Source: Gemmatimonadota bacterium (GTDB lineage: Bacteria; Gemmatimonadota; Gemmatimonadetes; Longimicrobiales; Gaopeijiaceae). Taken from it: a stretch of 64,000 nt of DNA. A program made the translations under genes and the position numbers. Of this stretch, positions 39,479-49,478 are shown in pieces; the stretch's first letter is position 1, and every line of letters starts with the position of its first letter. The notes below the pieces were generated by a model, which was not told where the DNA came from, ran no database searches, and saw only the letters and a program-made list of their open reading frames with translations. The stretch lies in assembly GCA_039589315.1 (NCBI GenBank), contig JBDHHQ010000015.1, forward strand, positions 63,703 through 127,702, read 5' to 3'.

Positions 39479-41143
39479 CTACTTCCTCTGGTAGACGATC
39501 TCGCCGTCGACCATCGTAAGGTCCACCTGCAGCGAGTCCAGCACTACGGCATCCACCTCGAACGGGTTTTGGTCCAGTATGACCAGATCCGCGAAGGCGC
39601 CTTGCTGGAGAACCCCTGTCTTGCCGTCCATGAAGCCGGCGTACGCTGCCCCCCGCGTGTAGGCACGGAGTGTCTCCTCGACGCCGATCCGCTCCGCCGG
39701 CACCCAACCGTCCGGATTGGCCCGGTCCAGCGTCCGCCGTGTGACCGCCGCGTACAGGCCCAGCACGGGATCGATGGGCGCGACGGTCCAATCCGAACCG
39801 AAGGCGAGGGCGGCGCCGGCATCAGACAGCGAGCGAAACGCGTACGTCGTCCGGATGCGCTCCGGACCGATCCGCTTCTCGGCCCACCTGCCGTCGTCGA
39901 TAGCGTGATACGGCTGCATGGATGGAATCACGCCCTGCTGCGAGAAGCGGTCAATCGCCTCGGGGCTCAGGTGCTGTGCGTGCTCGACGCGGAATCGTCT
40001 GTCCCGGTCGCCGTTGGCCTGGGCCACCCTCTCGTACACGTCCAACAGCCAATCGTTGGCCCGATCGCCGATGGCGTGGACGATGACGTGCAAGCCGGCT
40101 CGGTCAGCCGCCTCGATCCACGACGCCAACTCGGTCGTGTCCGTCGTCAGAAGCCCCGCGGTCTGGGGCTCGTCGGTGTAGGGCTCGTAGAACCAGGCGG
40201 TCGTGGAGCCCAGCGAGCCGTCGACGAAGGCCTTCAAGCCGCCCCACCAGAGCCGATCGTCTCCCCGTCCCTCTACCTCCACGTAGTCACGGAGGCGCTC
40301 CCACGTCGACATGGGCACCACGGTGTAGACCCGGAGCGGCAAGCCGCCGCGTGCGCGGGCGCGACGGTACGTGGCCAGATCGGTCCACCCCGCCATGTCA
40401 TGGACCTGCGTCACGCCCCGGGAGAGGGCATGCCGGACCGCCGCCTGGAGCGATACGTCCAACTCCGCCTCCGAGCGTTCGGGCATGGACGCTGCGACCG
40501 GCCCCATGGCCTCGTCCCTCAGGATCCCCGTGGGATCACCGGTGACCGGGTCGCGCTCGATCTCTCCGCCCTCGATGGGCGACGTCGACGCGTTGATGCC
40601 ACCGGCTTCCAGCGCCACCGAGTTGGCCAGGGCCATATGACCGTCCAGCCGGCTCACGAAGACGGGGTTCTCCGGGGTGAGTGAGTCTACCCACTCCTTC
40701 CGCGGCAGCTCGCCACCCCACGCCTCGTGATCCCAGTCCCCTCCCGTGATCCAGGCCCCCGGCTCGCTGTCGCGCGCGAACTCACCGATTCGACGGGCAA
40801 ACTCCTCCGGCGTGTCGGCGTCCCGAAGCTGGACGCTCGCCAGGTTGAATCCGCCCGAGAGGAAGTGGACGTGGCTGTCGATGAAGCCAGGCATGACGAA
40901 GCGCCCAGCAGCGTCGATCACCTGGGTAGACGGGCCAGCGAGTCGGTGCAGGTCGGCGTCTGATCCGACCGCCAGGACGCGGCCTCCCGCTACGGCCACC
41001 GCCTCGGTCGTGGTTGCACCATCCTGGCCGGTCCATACCACGCCGCCCACGACCAGCGTGTCGGCGGTCTCGTCCGTACCCCCACACCCTGTGAGTAATG
41101 CCGCGGCAGTCATGACTGTATATCCGATTGATCTCGTGGTCAT
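39479..41143 (-). CDS. Amidohydrolase 3 (YtcJ-like) lipoprotein
   Basis: LTGC lipobox, PGFIDSHVH, DGSLGS, HAIGDRA, RVEHAQ, FGSDW. ATG 41143. Confidence 0.9.
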   Translation of the reverse strand: MTTRSIGYTVMTAAALLTGCGGTDETADTLVVGGVVWTGQDGATTTEAVAVAGGRVLAVGSDADLHRLAGPSTQVIDAAGRFVMPGFIDSHVHFLSGGFNLASVQLRDADTPEEFARRIGEFARDSEPGAWITGGDWDHEAWGGELPRKEWVDSLTPENPVFVSRLDGHMALANSVALEAGGINASTSPIEGGEIERDPVTGDPTGILRDEAMGPVAASMPERSEAELDVSLQAAVRHALSRGVTQVHDMAGWTDLATYRRARARGGLPLRVYTVVPMSTWERLRDYVEVEGRGDDRLWWGGLKAFVDGSLGSTTAWFYEPYTDEPQTAGLLTTDTTELASWIEAADRAGLHVIVHAIGDRANDWLLDVYERVAQANGDRDRRFRVEHAQHLSPEAIDRFSQQGVIPSMQPYHAIDDGRWAEKRIGPERIRTTYAFRSLSDAGAALAFGSDWTVAPIDPVLGLYAAVTRRTLDRANPDGWVPAERIGVEETLRAYTRGAAYAGFMDGKTGVLQQGAFADLVILDQNPFEVDAVVLDSLQVDLTMVDGEIVYQRK

Positions 41144-41311
41144 TGCCTGGCCAACAAGGGACCGGGGATCGCACGCGAGTCGTGAGGAGCATACCGAGGG
41201 CCGAACCAGCAGGGCAACCGAATCACCCGAGCCACCCTTGACACGGCGGCCGTCCGGCCCCGGATTGGGTACCCTGGCCTGTTCCGTCACAGTCAGCCGA
41301 GGAGCGTGATC

Positions 41312-41683
41312 ATGCGCCGTGCATCCTACACCACCGTGTTTCTCACTGTCGCGCTCGCGGCGTGCGCCTCGAGCGGCGGAGGCGGCGGAAGCGGTGGTGG
41401 CGACCGCAACCTCATCAGTACGGAGGAGTTGAGTGATCTGAGTGGCTTCGACGCCTACGACGCGGTACAGCGCCTGCGGCCTCAGTGGCTGAGGGCGCGC
41501 GGGGGCGACACCTCGGATCTCCCGGCCACCTTCGTGGATGGAAGGCACTTCGGGGACGTCAGCCAACTGAGGGCTTACAACACGGCCGACATCTTGTCCA
41601 TCCGCTTTCTGTCTGCCTCGGACGCGACGACGCTGTACGGCACCGGCTATCCCGGGGGTGTGATCGAGATTCAAACGCGGTAG
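41312..41683 (+). CDS. Small lipoprotein resembling an isolated TonB-receptor plug domain
   Basis: LAAC lipobox, Gly linker, YDAVQRLRPQWL, ATTLYGTGYPGGVIEI. Confidence 0.75.
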   Translation: MRRASYTTVFLTVALAACASSGGGGGSGGGDRNLISTEELSDLSGFDAYDAVQRLRPQWLRARGGDTSDLPATFVDGRHFGDVSQLRAYNTADILSIRFLSASDATTLYGTGYPGGVIEIQTR

Positions 41684-41822
41684 TGCGATCGGTCGCGTCG
41701 TATCGGTCTACCGCCAGCGGGAGGGTCGGAGGGGCGGATCCCCTTTGGTCCTCCCGCGCCCCTTGTCCCCCCTGCCGCCCGAGCTCTGACCTCCGGGCCC
41801 ATCACTCCCCCGCATCACCGCT

Positions 41823-43001
41823 TCACCGCCTCCCAGGGCCCCCGCCGGCGAGAAACTCCCGACCGAACTGGTGCAGCACTTCTGCTGCCTGTGCGATCTC
41901 GGCGACTGAGATCCACTCGTCGGCCGAATGGGCCTGGGCGATGGACCCGGGGCCGAAGCACACGGCCGGGACCCCGGCTTCGTTCAACAGGGCTGCATCG
42001 ACCCAGGCGCTCATCCCCTCGACGCGCGGCTCGAGTCCCACCGCCCCGGAGGCTCGGAGCAGGCCTTGGACCACCGGGGCGTCGGTATGCACCTCGGTGC
42101 CTGGCCGGTGAAGGCCGAGCGTGAGGTGGGCTTTCATCTCGGGGAACGCCCGCTTCACGCCGGCCAGCATGGCTTCGAACTCGCTGGTCACGGCCTCCGG
42201 TAACTCCCCGGGAAGGGTGCGACGCTCGATCACCAGGTTGCATGACGCCGGGTACACCGAGGGTGCCGAGCCCCCTACGATGGACCCTGCGTGAAACGAT
42301 CCATGTCCCAGAAGGGGATGGGCCGGACGTTGCTTGAGCCGGACTTCGTAGCCGTCCAGGCCGGCGAGATATTGGGCGGCGTGCCGAATGGCGTCGATGC
42401 CCACCTCCGGCCGAGAGCCATGCGCGGCACGGCCCGCGAATTCCAGCTCGATCCACACAAAACCCTTGTTGGCGGGCATGACGGCCAGCTCCGTGGGTTC
42501 GCAAACGACAGCCGCGTCAGCCACGAGGCCGGAGCCCACCACCGCTTGCATGCCCAGGCTGGCGTGCTCCTCGTCGGCAGTGAGCGCCAAAACCAGGCGT
42601 CCGCCCAGATCCGGCTCCTGCGAAAGGCGGGCGCCGGCAGCGAGCAGCGCTGCCACTCCACCCTTCATGTCACACGACCCCCTCCCATAGAGAAGCCCGT
42701 CCCTGACATGGGCGTCGAACGGCGGCACCGACATTCCCCCGACTCCGACCGTGTCCAGGTGGCCGTTCAGGAGCAGGCGCGGCCCGTTCTCAGGGCCGAC
42801 CCACGCGACGCTGTTGAATCGGCCCGGAGCTACCTCGTTCACGGACACCGTGAACCCCCACCCCTCCAGCCAGCTCGCACATTGGCGTGCGATCTCCTCT
42901 TCGCCGCTGCCACCTGACTCCAGGAGGGGGTTCACCGAGGGGATCCTTACCAGGGCGCCCGCCAGGGCGACGGGATCTCCCTCCGCGGCCGCGATTCGCA
43001 C
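41823..43001 (-). CDS. ArgE/DapE family M20 deacylase
   Basis: LNGHLDTV, GRGSCDMKGG, ADEE, CEPT, AHSADE. Start uncertain. Confidence 0.9.
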   Translation of the reverse strand: MRIAAAEGDPVALAGALVRIPSVNPLLESGGSGEEEIARQCASWLEGWGFTVSVNEVAPGRFNSVAWVGPENGPRLLLNGHLDTVGVGGMSVPPFDAHVRDGLLYGRGSCDMKGGVAALLAAGARLSQEPDLGGRLVLALTADEEHASLGMQAVVGSGLVADAAVVCEPTELAVMPANKGFVWIELEFAGRAAHGSRPEVGIDAIRHAAQYLAGLDGYEVRLKQRPAHPLLGHGSFHAGSIVGGSAPSVYPASCNLVIERRTLPGELPEAVTSEFEAMLAGVKRAFPEMKAHLTLGLHRPGTEVHTDAPVVQGLLRASGAVGLEPRVEGMSAWVDAALLNEAGVPAVCFGPGSIAQAHSADEWISVAEIAQAAEVLHQFGREFLAGGGPGRR

Positions 43002-43318
43002 CCCATCATCTACGTTTGTCACAGACGTCCTCGCTGATCGTTTCACGCATGATAGGTCCCCGATACTGCCTCGAGCACGGCCTGGCATCGTGGCTCCGGC
43101 ATCGTGGTGGAGATCATGCCGATGACCCCGATGGATTTCCGACCGTGGACTCGCGCGGGTCGCGGCTTTTCGACGCTATTTGCGGCACCGGGGAGACAGA
43201 TGTCGCCTGGGAAGCACACGTCGAATAGGGATCCTGGCCAGGTTCTCGGGGGTTCATATTGCAGGCACATTTCCTGCAGAGTGGGAGGTGGTGAGCCGAA
43301 AGTCGTAGGAGGCCGGGA

Positions 43319-43519
43319 ATGAAACACGACATGAAGGAGGGGAAACTTCGCACCTTCGCTGTCAGCGTCATGAGTGCAGTCGCCGTGGCTGCCGGACTCT
43401 TGCTGATCAAGGGACAGCGGCACGAAGACGTCGAGCAGAGCCTGGACAACGTGGTTCCTGCCGGGGAGACCGTCCCCGGCACGATTTCGCTCGAGCGACT
43501 GAGGGAGCTGGGAATCTGA
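43319..43519 (+). CDS. Small hypothetical membrane-anchored protein
   Basis: AGGAGG RBS, one hydrophobic helix, ends ERLRELGI. Confidence 0.6.
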   Translation: MKHDMKEGKLRTFAVSVMSAVAVAAGLLLIKGQRHEDVEQSLDNVVPAGETVPGTISLERLRELGI

Positions 43520-43740
43520 ACCTCTCCGGGCCGACGACCTGATCGTTGGTCACGGGGCCCGCATCAGGACTCACATTCCTTCACTCCGGCGGTTGGGTGT
43601 GAACGCGAAGAGGCGAATCGCGCCTCGCCGACGCGAGCCGGCGGCGGCGTCATTCGCCCCTCGGCCTCGTCGGCCAAACGAAGGGCGGAAGGGTAATCGT
43701 GCGCTCCGCCCCGTAGTTCTGAGTGGATCCTCGTTCCCGC

Positions 43741-43974
43741 TCAGCCGAAGTGCGCCTGGTTCTTCTCGATGTAGCTCGTCCACTCCGGGGGCACGTCCGT
43801 GTCCGGGAAGATCGCGGTGACGGGGCACTCCGGCTCGCACGCCCCGCAGTCGATGCACTCGTCCGGATGGATGTAGTACTGATCCTCGCCTTCATAGATG
43901 CAATCGACCGGGCACACCTCGACGCAACTCGCGTCCTTGGTGTCGATGCACGGCTCGGCAATGATGTAAGTCAT
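43741..43974 (-). CDS. Dicluster (7Fe-type) ferredoxin
   Basis: [18 protein letters not shown] and [22 protein letters not shown]. Confidence 0.93.
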   Translation of the reverse strand: MTYIIAEPCIDTKDASCVEVCPVDCIYEGEDQYYIHPDECIDCGACEPECPVTAIFPDTDVPPEWTSYIEKNQAHFG

Positions 43975-44220
43975 GGTCCTCCTTGAGCCTCTCCGGCTTG
44001 CGTTGGCCTCCGCCCCGATCGAGGCGACCCTATCATGAGAGAACCCCTGTGGAGCCGCAAGACGTGGGAGCAGGCAGCTCTCCCTCCGGCCTGGTGGGAG
44101 AAGGCCACGGCGTCTCCGGCTCGGGGAGCTCCACGGGCTCGGTGCGGCGGGGCGATCCGCGTTCGACGGCCCGCCGGCCTCGGCAGTACCACCGGTGTTG
44201 AGCGATTCGACCGTGCCGCC

Positions 44221-44775
44221 CTAGCGCATATGGTGTTGCTTGAACATGGCGCACCACCAGCGATATCGTCGGGCGAGAGTAGGATGTGTGCGCTCCGCTA
44301 CGGGCATGTAGACGGCCTCGGCCTCGCGATGCGCCCTACGTCTGCGGTCCATGTCCTCCCACAGGTGGGCGTGCCGTAGTTGATCCAACCGCTCAGCCAG
44401 CGCGACGCGAGCGACCTCAGGGGCCGCTACCACCAGCTTCTCGGCCAGATCCTCGGCGCCTGGTGTCGGGACTATCGAGACGAGGAGCGCCACCTCCGTA
44501 CCTACGACAGGCGGCAACCGAGCAGCCGAGACGCTCAGGCGCTCCTCCTCGGTCTCGACGAGCGAGGCGGCCGCCACGACTGTGGCGTCCGTTTCGCCCA
44601 GGTCGTCCATCAGGATGAGGGCCGTGCGGCCCGGGTGGAGGTACGCCGGGTGATGATCGTCCTCGAGCCGCCGACGACGGGGCTCCATGGCCAGGGCGTA
44701 GGCCGACGTGATCAGTTGGACGCTGCCGCTTTCGATCCCCAGGGACCGCGCCGTTTCCGCGACCCGCTCTCCCAT
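44221..44775 (-). CDS. Degenerate HD_4/Mesh1-like hydrolase-fold protein
   Basis: AYLHPGRTALIL, AASLVETEE (where AALLHDxxED is expected), ALAERLDQLRH. Confidence 0.65.
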   Translation of the reverse strand: MGERVAETARSLGIESGSVQLITSAYALAMEPRRRRLEDDHHPAYLHPGRTALILMDDLGETDATVVAAASLVETEEERLSVSAARLPPVVGTEVALLVSIVPTPGAEDLAEKLVVAAPEVARVALAERLDQLRHAHLWEDMDRRRRAHREAEAVYMPVAERTHPTLARRYRWWCAMFKQHHMR

Positions 44776-44788
44776 TCGCGCCGCGCGG

Positions 44789-45622
44789 TCAATCGCGTCC
44801 AAGGTGGGTCCGCAGGTGTCGCACCGTTGCGGCAATGGCGTCGTCCAATTGAGGTGACGGGCCCTTGAACGGGTGGCCCACCTCGAAGGTATGGCCGGCA
44901 CCCGGCACACGATGCAGACGGGCCTTCTCGGCTTCACCGACCAGGATTTCCGCGTCGGCCGGTGACACGGTGAGATCGTCATCACCGTGTACGATCAGCC
45001 ACGGTGCGACGACGGCCCCGGCCCTGGCCGTGACGTCGAGCCGTTCGGCGTTTGCCTCGTAATCCTCTAGAAGCGTCACGTCCAGCGGCATCTGCTGGCC
45101 GGTCCGGCCATTCAACACGTACACCCGTCCGGACGCCCGCCACTCGTTCCGGGTCTCCTCGGTCCAGCGGTCCAGGTTGGCCACCGCCGCCCACGTGACC
45201 AGCGCGCCGACCCCGGGGTCCTCGCTGGCGGCGAGAACCGCCTGGGCACCTCCCCGGGAGTGGCCCACCATCCCGACAGCCTCCGGCCTCCGGGGAAGGA
45301 AGTCCTCGGATGAGGTCTCGTCCAAGATCCAACGCAGCTCGTCCAACTCGCGGCTGAACGTGTTCTTGGCGAATGCCTCCAACTCCGTGAAGTCCTCTGG
45401 TTGATCTCCGATGCCGTTCCTGGAGAAGTTGAAGGACACCACGGAGAAGCCGGCCGACGCCAGCTCGCGGGTCAGATGCGGAAAGAAGCCCCAGTCCTTG
45501 AAGCCCTTGAAGCCATGAACGACCACCACAGCGGCGGTGGGCGGCGGGCCCTCGGGAACGCGGATGTCGCCCCTGATCGCTTCGCCGTGAGGTCCCCTCC
45601 GCTCGAAGGGCAGATAGATCAC
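44789..45622 (-). CDS. Alpha/beta hydrolase
   Basis: HGFKGFKDWGFF, GHSRGG, HGDDD, AGHTF; GTGA overlap. Confidence 0.9.
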   Translation of the reverse strand: MIYLPFERRGPHGEAIRGDIRVPEGPPPTAAVVVVHGFKGFKDWGFFPHLTRELASAGFSVVSFNFSRNGIGDQPEDFTELEAFAKNTFSRELDELRWILDETSSEDFLPRRPEAVGMVGHSRGGAQAVLAASEDPGVGALVTWAAVANLDRWTEETRNEWRASGRVYVLNGRTGQQMPLDVTLLEDYEANAERLDVTARAGAVVAPWLIVHGDDDLTVSPADAEILVGEAEKARLHRVPGAGHTFEVGHPFKGPSPQLDDAIAATVRHLRTHLGRD

Positions 45623-46191
45623 CCCTCGCCCCCCTCCTCGGGTCGGACGGTCCATACGACATCAGGCACCCCGGCCCGTGCGTTCTCAAGTCGCGCCAGG
45701 GTGAACAGGAGGTCCGACAGCCGGTTCAGGTACCGAAGCACGACCCCCTCCACCCCCTCTGACTCGCCCAGGTGACTGACCGCTCGCTCCGCCCGGCGGC
45801 ATACCGTCCGACACACGTGAAGCCCCGCTGCCCCTGGTGACCCACCGGGCAAGATGAAGTTGCGCAGCGGCTCGAGGTCCTCCTCTGCCGCATCGATCCA
45901 CGCCTCCATGTCCGTGACCCGCCGCTCGGGGAGATCCGGCGTCGTCGGACGCGTCCGACCTTCGTCCACCGGCGTCGCCAAGGTGGCCCCAATAGCGAAC
46001 AGGTCGTGCTGTATCGGCTCGAGTCGGCTTCCGATCCAAGCGTCCGCCACCGAGAGCCTCGCCTGACCCAGCACCGCATTGAGCTCATCCACGGCTCCAT
46101 ATGCCGCTACCCGCCGGTCGTGTTTGGGCACCCGACCGCCGCCGAAGAGCCCCGTATCTCCTTCATCCCCTGTTCGCGTGTAGATTTTCAT
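45619..46191 (-). CDS. PduO-type ATP:cob(I)alamin adenosyltransferase
   Basis: KIYTRTGDEGDT, YGAVDELN, RTVCRRAER, YLNRLSDLLF. Confidence 0.94.
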   Translation of the reverse strand: MKIYTRTGDEGDTGLFGGGRVPKHDRRVAAYGAVDELNAVLGQARLSVADAWIGSRLEPIQHDLFAIGATLATPVDEGRTRPTTPDLPERRVTDMEAWIDAAEEDLEPLRNFILPGGSPGAAGLHVCRTVCRRAERAVSHLGESEGVEGVVLRYLNRLSDLLFTLARLENARAGVPDVVWTVRPEEGGEG

Positions 46192-46250
46192 TGATCCAGG
46201 CCGTAGATTAATATCAAGTCGGACTGTGTTTTAGCCATGAGAACGATCGT

Positions 46251-46502
46251 TCAGCGGAGACGTGTGATCCGACGCAGCTCCTCTGCCTTTTCAAGGAGGG
46301 ACCTACCTTCGGGTCCGGGCTCTGGCCCACGCAAGGCATCCCGAATGTCGAGCAGAACCTCGAAGAGCAACTGGTCGCGCTGGAACTCGAAGTCCAACTT
46401 AGACATGCGCTCGTTGTCGCTACCGTCCTGCGCCTCCTGGAAGGAGCCGCGGTACAGCCCCTCGAGGTTGGATATGATCCGATTTCGGTCGCGCAATCTC
46501 AA
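46251..46502 (-). CDS. Small hypothetical helical protein
   Basis: GGAGG RBS, TTG start (46496 better spaced), coding-like composition. Confidence 0.6.
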   Translation of the reverse strand: MRLRDRNRIISNLEGLYRGSFQEAQDGSDNERMSKLDFEFQRDQLLFEVLLDIRDALRGPEPGPEGRSLLEKAEELRRITRLR

Positions 46503-46844
46503 TCCCTCCGATCAGCGGGGGCTGGCTCTGCCGCGCGATCGCGGCACGGGTCGGATCAGACGGAGGACCGATCGCTCCGAACCGACGGGACCGGTGTCGT
46601 CATGATCCTGAAAACGCGGTCCGACTGCAAGATACGGAATACGGTCCCCCGGCCGCCACCGGCGGCCACGCCACCCCAGGGCCCGTCCGGCCAACCGGGC
46701 TGGCCCGTGAAAGCGAGCACCGTCGACGGGGCGCCAAGACGGCGCTCCTCGAGTTTCACTACCCCAGAAGCACCGAGCGTTTCGGCGACGTCGGACGTTG
46801 AACGCACCGTGGCGAGGGGTCAAGAGCGGAGGTAGACGCGAGCC

Positions 46845-47243
46845 ATGACGGAAGCCCAGGAAGTCGACACCCGGTTGGTCGAGGACGCCAATCGCCGGTA
46901 TTGGAGCTCGGACGCGAGCGTGAACCAGATCGCCGAGGAGATGGGCCTGTCCAAGAGCAGCCTCTACGGCATGATCGAGCAACTGCACAGCGGACTGGCG
47001 TGTCCAGAGTGCTCCTCGGAGTTGGTATTCCCGAACCGCACGGCCAGGGATCGGAAGCTCGTGAACTGCCCGGCCTGCGGGTTCGAGGGCTCGGCGGATG
47101 AGGCCACGGAACCGGCGGGAGCCGGCGGGGCTGTGGAGAAACGTCACGCGCCCACGGCAGCCACGACCCGGGTCGTGGCTGGCACCGCGCTCCTGGGACT
47201 CGCAGCGGGCATCGTGATCGGCGCGGCCTTCCGGCGCCGGTAA
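46845..47243 (+). CDS. Hypothetical HTH + zinc-ribbon + C-terminal TM protein
   Basis: SVNQIAEEMGLSKSSLY, CPEC...CPAC, hydrophobic C-terminus ending RRR. Confidence 0.75.
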   Translation: MTEAQEVDTRLVEDANRRYWSSDASVNQIAEEMGLSKSSLYGMIEQLHSGLACPECSSELVFPNRTARDRKLVNCPACGFEGSADEATEPAGAGGAVEKRHAPTAATTRVVAGTALLGLAAGIVIGAAFRRR

Positions 47244-47261
47244 TCCAGCGCCAACCCGTCG

Positions 47262-48524
47262 ATGAGCCCTCAGACCGATCCCCGCACCGCCATCACACCC
47301 GACGCGTTCGAGGTGTCGCCAGAACTGCTCGGCCTGCCACTCGCGACACCCTTGCGGCGCGGGGTGGCGACGCTGATCGACCTGGTGCTCATCGGGATCA
47401 TCACGTTGGTCACGAAGGACATAGGTGCGATCGTCGGTGTGCTCGTCGCTCTGGTCTTCGTCCGGATGGCGCTCAAGTCCCCGATCACCAGGGACCTGCC
47501 TGCCCCACTGGCCTGGGCGTTCCAGTTCTCGGTGGGCTGCCTCGGCCTGGTGATCTTGCTGGTCTCCTTTGGCACCATCTGGCTTCTCCGTTCCGGGGGA
47601 GACCTGGGGATACCCCTTTCGGTGGAATCGGACGCCTTGGGAGAGAGCCTTCCCATGGACCTGGGCGACCTCATGAGCGGCCTCCAGGGCGGTGTCCGGC
47701 TGACCCGAGCCACCGACGCCGCCGAGGCCGAGGAGGCCGCTACCGAGATCGCCCGAGGTGCCCTGGCGGCGGGCATGTCGGAATCCGACGTGGAGGATCT
47801 GCTCGAGGAGCTGTCTCCCGACGACCCGGATTGGGGCGACGAGGCGGACCCGGACGACGTCCTCGAGCAGGCTATCGCGACGGCCGCGGCCGAGTTGGCT
47901 CGGGCTGAGGGCGGCGCGCGAGAGCCGGGATCACCGGCCGACACCCTGACGGCCACGGCGGCTCTCCTTACCTACGTCCGCTTGCTGGAAGAAGGGGACA
48001 CCACCGCAGCGGATTTCGAGGCGATCCGCCGCCAGGCCGGGCTCACGTTGGCGGCGGACACGATCGGTGCCCTCGAATCCCGGCTGGATCGAGCGTCACG
48101 GGAAACCGAGCACACGCAAGAGGCGCTCGCGGCGGTGCAGGCACAGGTCGACGAACTGGAGCGAGGCTCGGGACTCGCGAGGCTGGCTCGGGACGTTATC
48201 GATCAGCTGGGGCTCGCCTTCGGCTGGGGCAGCATCTACTTCGCTGTTCTTCTTCCGTGGTGGAAAGGTCAAACGCCAGGGAAGAAGCTCGTGGGTGTTC
48301 GGGTGCTGCGCTTGACCGGGGAACCCATCACTTGGTGGTTCGCTTTCGAGCGGGCAGGCGGGTATGCAGCCGGCTTCGCGACCGGTCTGCTCGGCTTCGC
48401 CCAGGTGTACTGGGATCCGAACCGACAAGGGATTCACGACAAGATCGCGGGGACCGTCGTGATTCGTGAGGGTGCTCCCCGCATACCGAGCGCCGCCGTA
48501 GGCCACGGGTCGGGCAGGGCATAG
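47262..48524 (+). CDS. RDD family membrane protein with large acidic insertion
   Basis: LATPLRRGVATLIDL at the N-terminus; GQTPGKKLVGVRV and RQGIHDKIAGTVV at the C-terminus. Confidence 0.88.
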   Translation: MSPQTDPRTAITPDAFEVSPELLGLPLATPLRRGVATLIDLVLIGIITLVTKDIGAIVGVLVALVFVRMALKSPITRDLPAPLAWAFQFSVGCLGLVILLVSFGTIWLLRSGGDLGIPLSVESDALGESLPMDLGDLMSGLQGGVRLTRATDAAEAEEAATEIARGALAAGMSESDVEDLLEELSPDDPDWGDEADPDDVLEQAIATAAAELARAEGGAREPGSPADTLTATAALLTYVRLLEEGDTTAADFEAIRRQAGLTLAADTIGALESRLDRASRETEHTQEALAAVQAQVDELERGSGLARLARDVIDQLGLAFGWGSIYFAVLLPWWKGQTPGKKLVGVRVLRLTGEPITWWFAFERAGGYAAGFATGLLGFAQVYWDPNRQGIHDKIAGTVVIREGAPRIPSAAVGHGSGRA

Positions 48525-48578
48525 TCCGTACCCGGACGACGAAGCGACCAGACGCGACAACGAGATGAAAGTGCGGGT

Positions 48579-49430
48579 ATGAGATCCATGGAGCTCGAAG
48601 CGACACCCGGTGCCGAGCAGGGGGGCCGTACGCCCGAGGAGCGATTCGAGGCTCGAATCCACATCGCCGTGCCCGACCGGCACAATGCGCGCCTGCAGCA
48701 GCTGATGGAGTTGGTCAACGCCGACGACGATCTGTACGGCCTTTGGCTCGCCTGCAACGTGACGGCCATCGAGCGGCTCGGTATGACCGATCACGGCCCG
48801 GTGCACGTCAAGATCGTGATGAACATCGCCGTGCGGATGCTGCGGCTTCTGCTGGAGGCGGGTGTGGAGCCCGGCATCGTCGAGCACTACGGCATGTCGC
48901 CGGGAGACGCCGAGGTCGTGGTCGCTCTTGCCTCGCTGCTCCACGATCTGGGCATGTCCATCCACCGCGACGACCACGAGTCGTACTCCCTCTTCCTTGC
49001 CGAGCGGAAGCTCCAGGAGATCCTGCCGGAGCTCTACGAGCCCAGGGAGGCCACCTTCGTTCGGTCCGAGGTCCTACACGCCATCATCTCCCACCGCGCG
49101 GGAGGACGTCCCCTGACCCTGGAGGCAGGGGTCGTGCGGATCGCGGACTCGCTGGACATGGCGAAGGGACGCTCCCGCATCCCGTTCCAGGCGGGCTCCG
49201 CCAGCATCCACAGCATATCGGCTGCAGCGATCGAGGCGGTGCACATCGAACGGGGCGAGGAGAAACCCATCTGCTTGCGAATCGAGCTCAGCAACTCGGC
49301 TGGCGTCTTCCAATTGGACAAGCTGTTCCGCGACAAGCTGCAGGGGAGCGGACTGGAGCCTTATCTCGAGATATCCGCGGAGTTGGAGGGGGAGACTGAG
49401 AAGAGGATCTTCCGACATTTCCGGATCTGA
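48579..49430 (+). CDS. HD-domain phosphohydrolase
   Basis: DHGPVH, LLHDLG, HAIISH, ADSLD. Confidence 0.88.
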   Translation: MRSMELEATPGAEQGGRTPEERFEARIHIAVPDRHNARLQQLMELVNADDDLYGLWLACNVTAIERLGMTDHGPVHVKIVMNIAVRMLRLLLEAGVEPGIVEHYGMSPGDAEVVVALASLLHDLGMSIHRDDHESYSLFLAERKLQEILPELYEPREATFVRSEVLHAIISHRAGGRPLTLEAGVVRIADSLDMAKGRSRIPFQAGSASIHSISAAAIEAVHIERGEEKPICLRIELSNSAGVFQLDKLFRDKLQGSGLEPYLEISAELEGETEKRIFRHFRI

Positions 49431-49478
49431 CCGGTGGCACGGACCGCGACCTACTCGGCTCGGCGCGAGCCCTGACCG

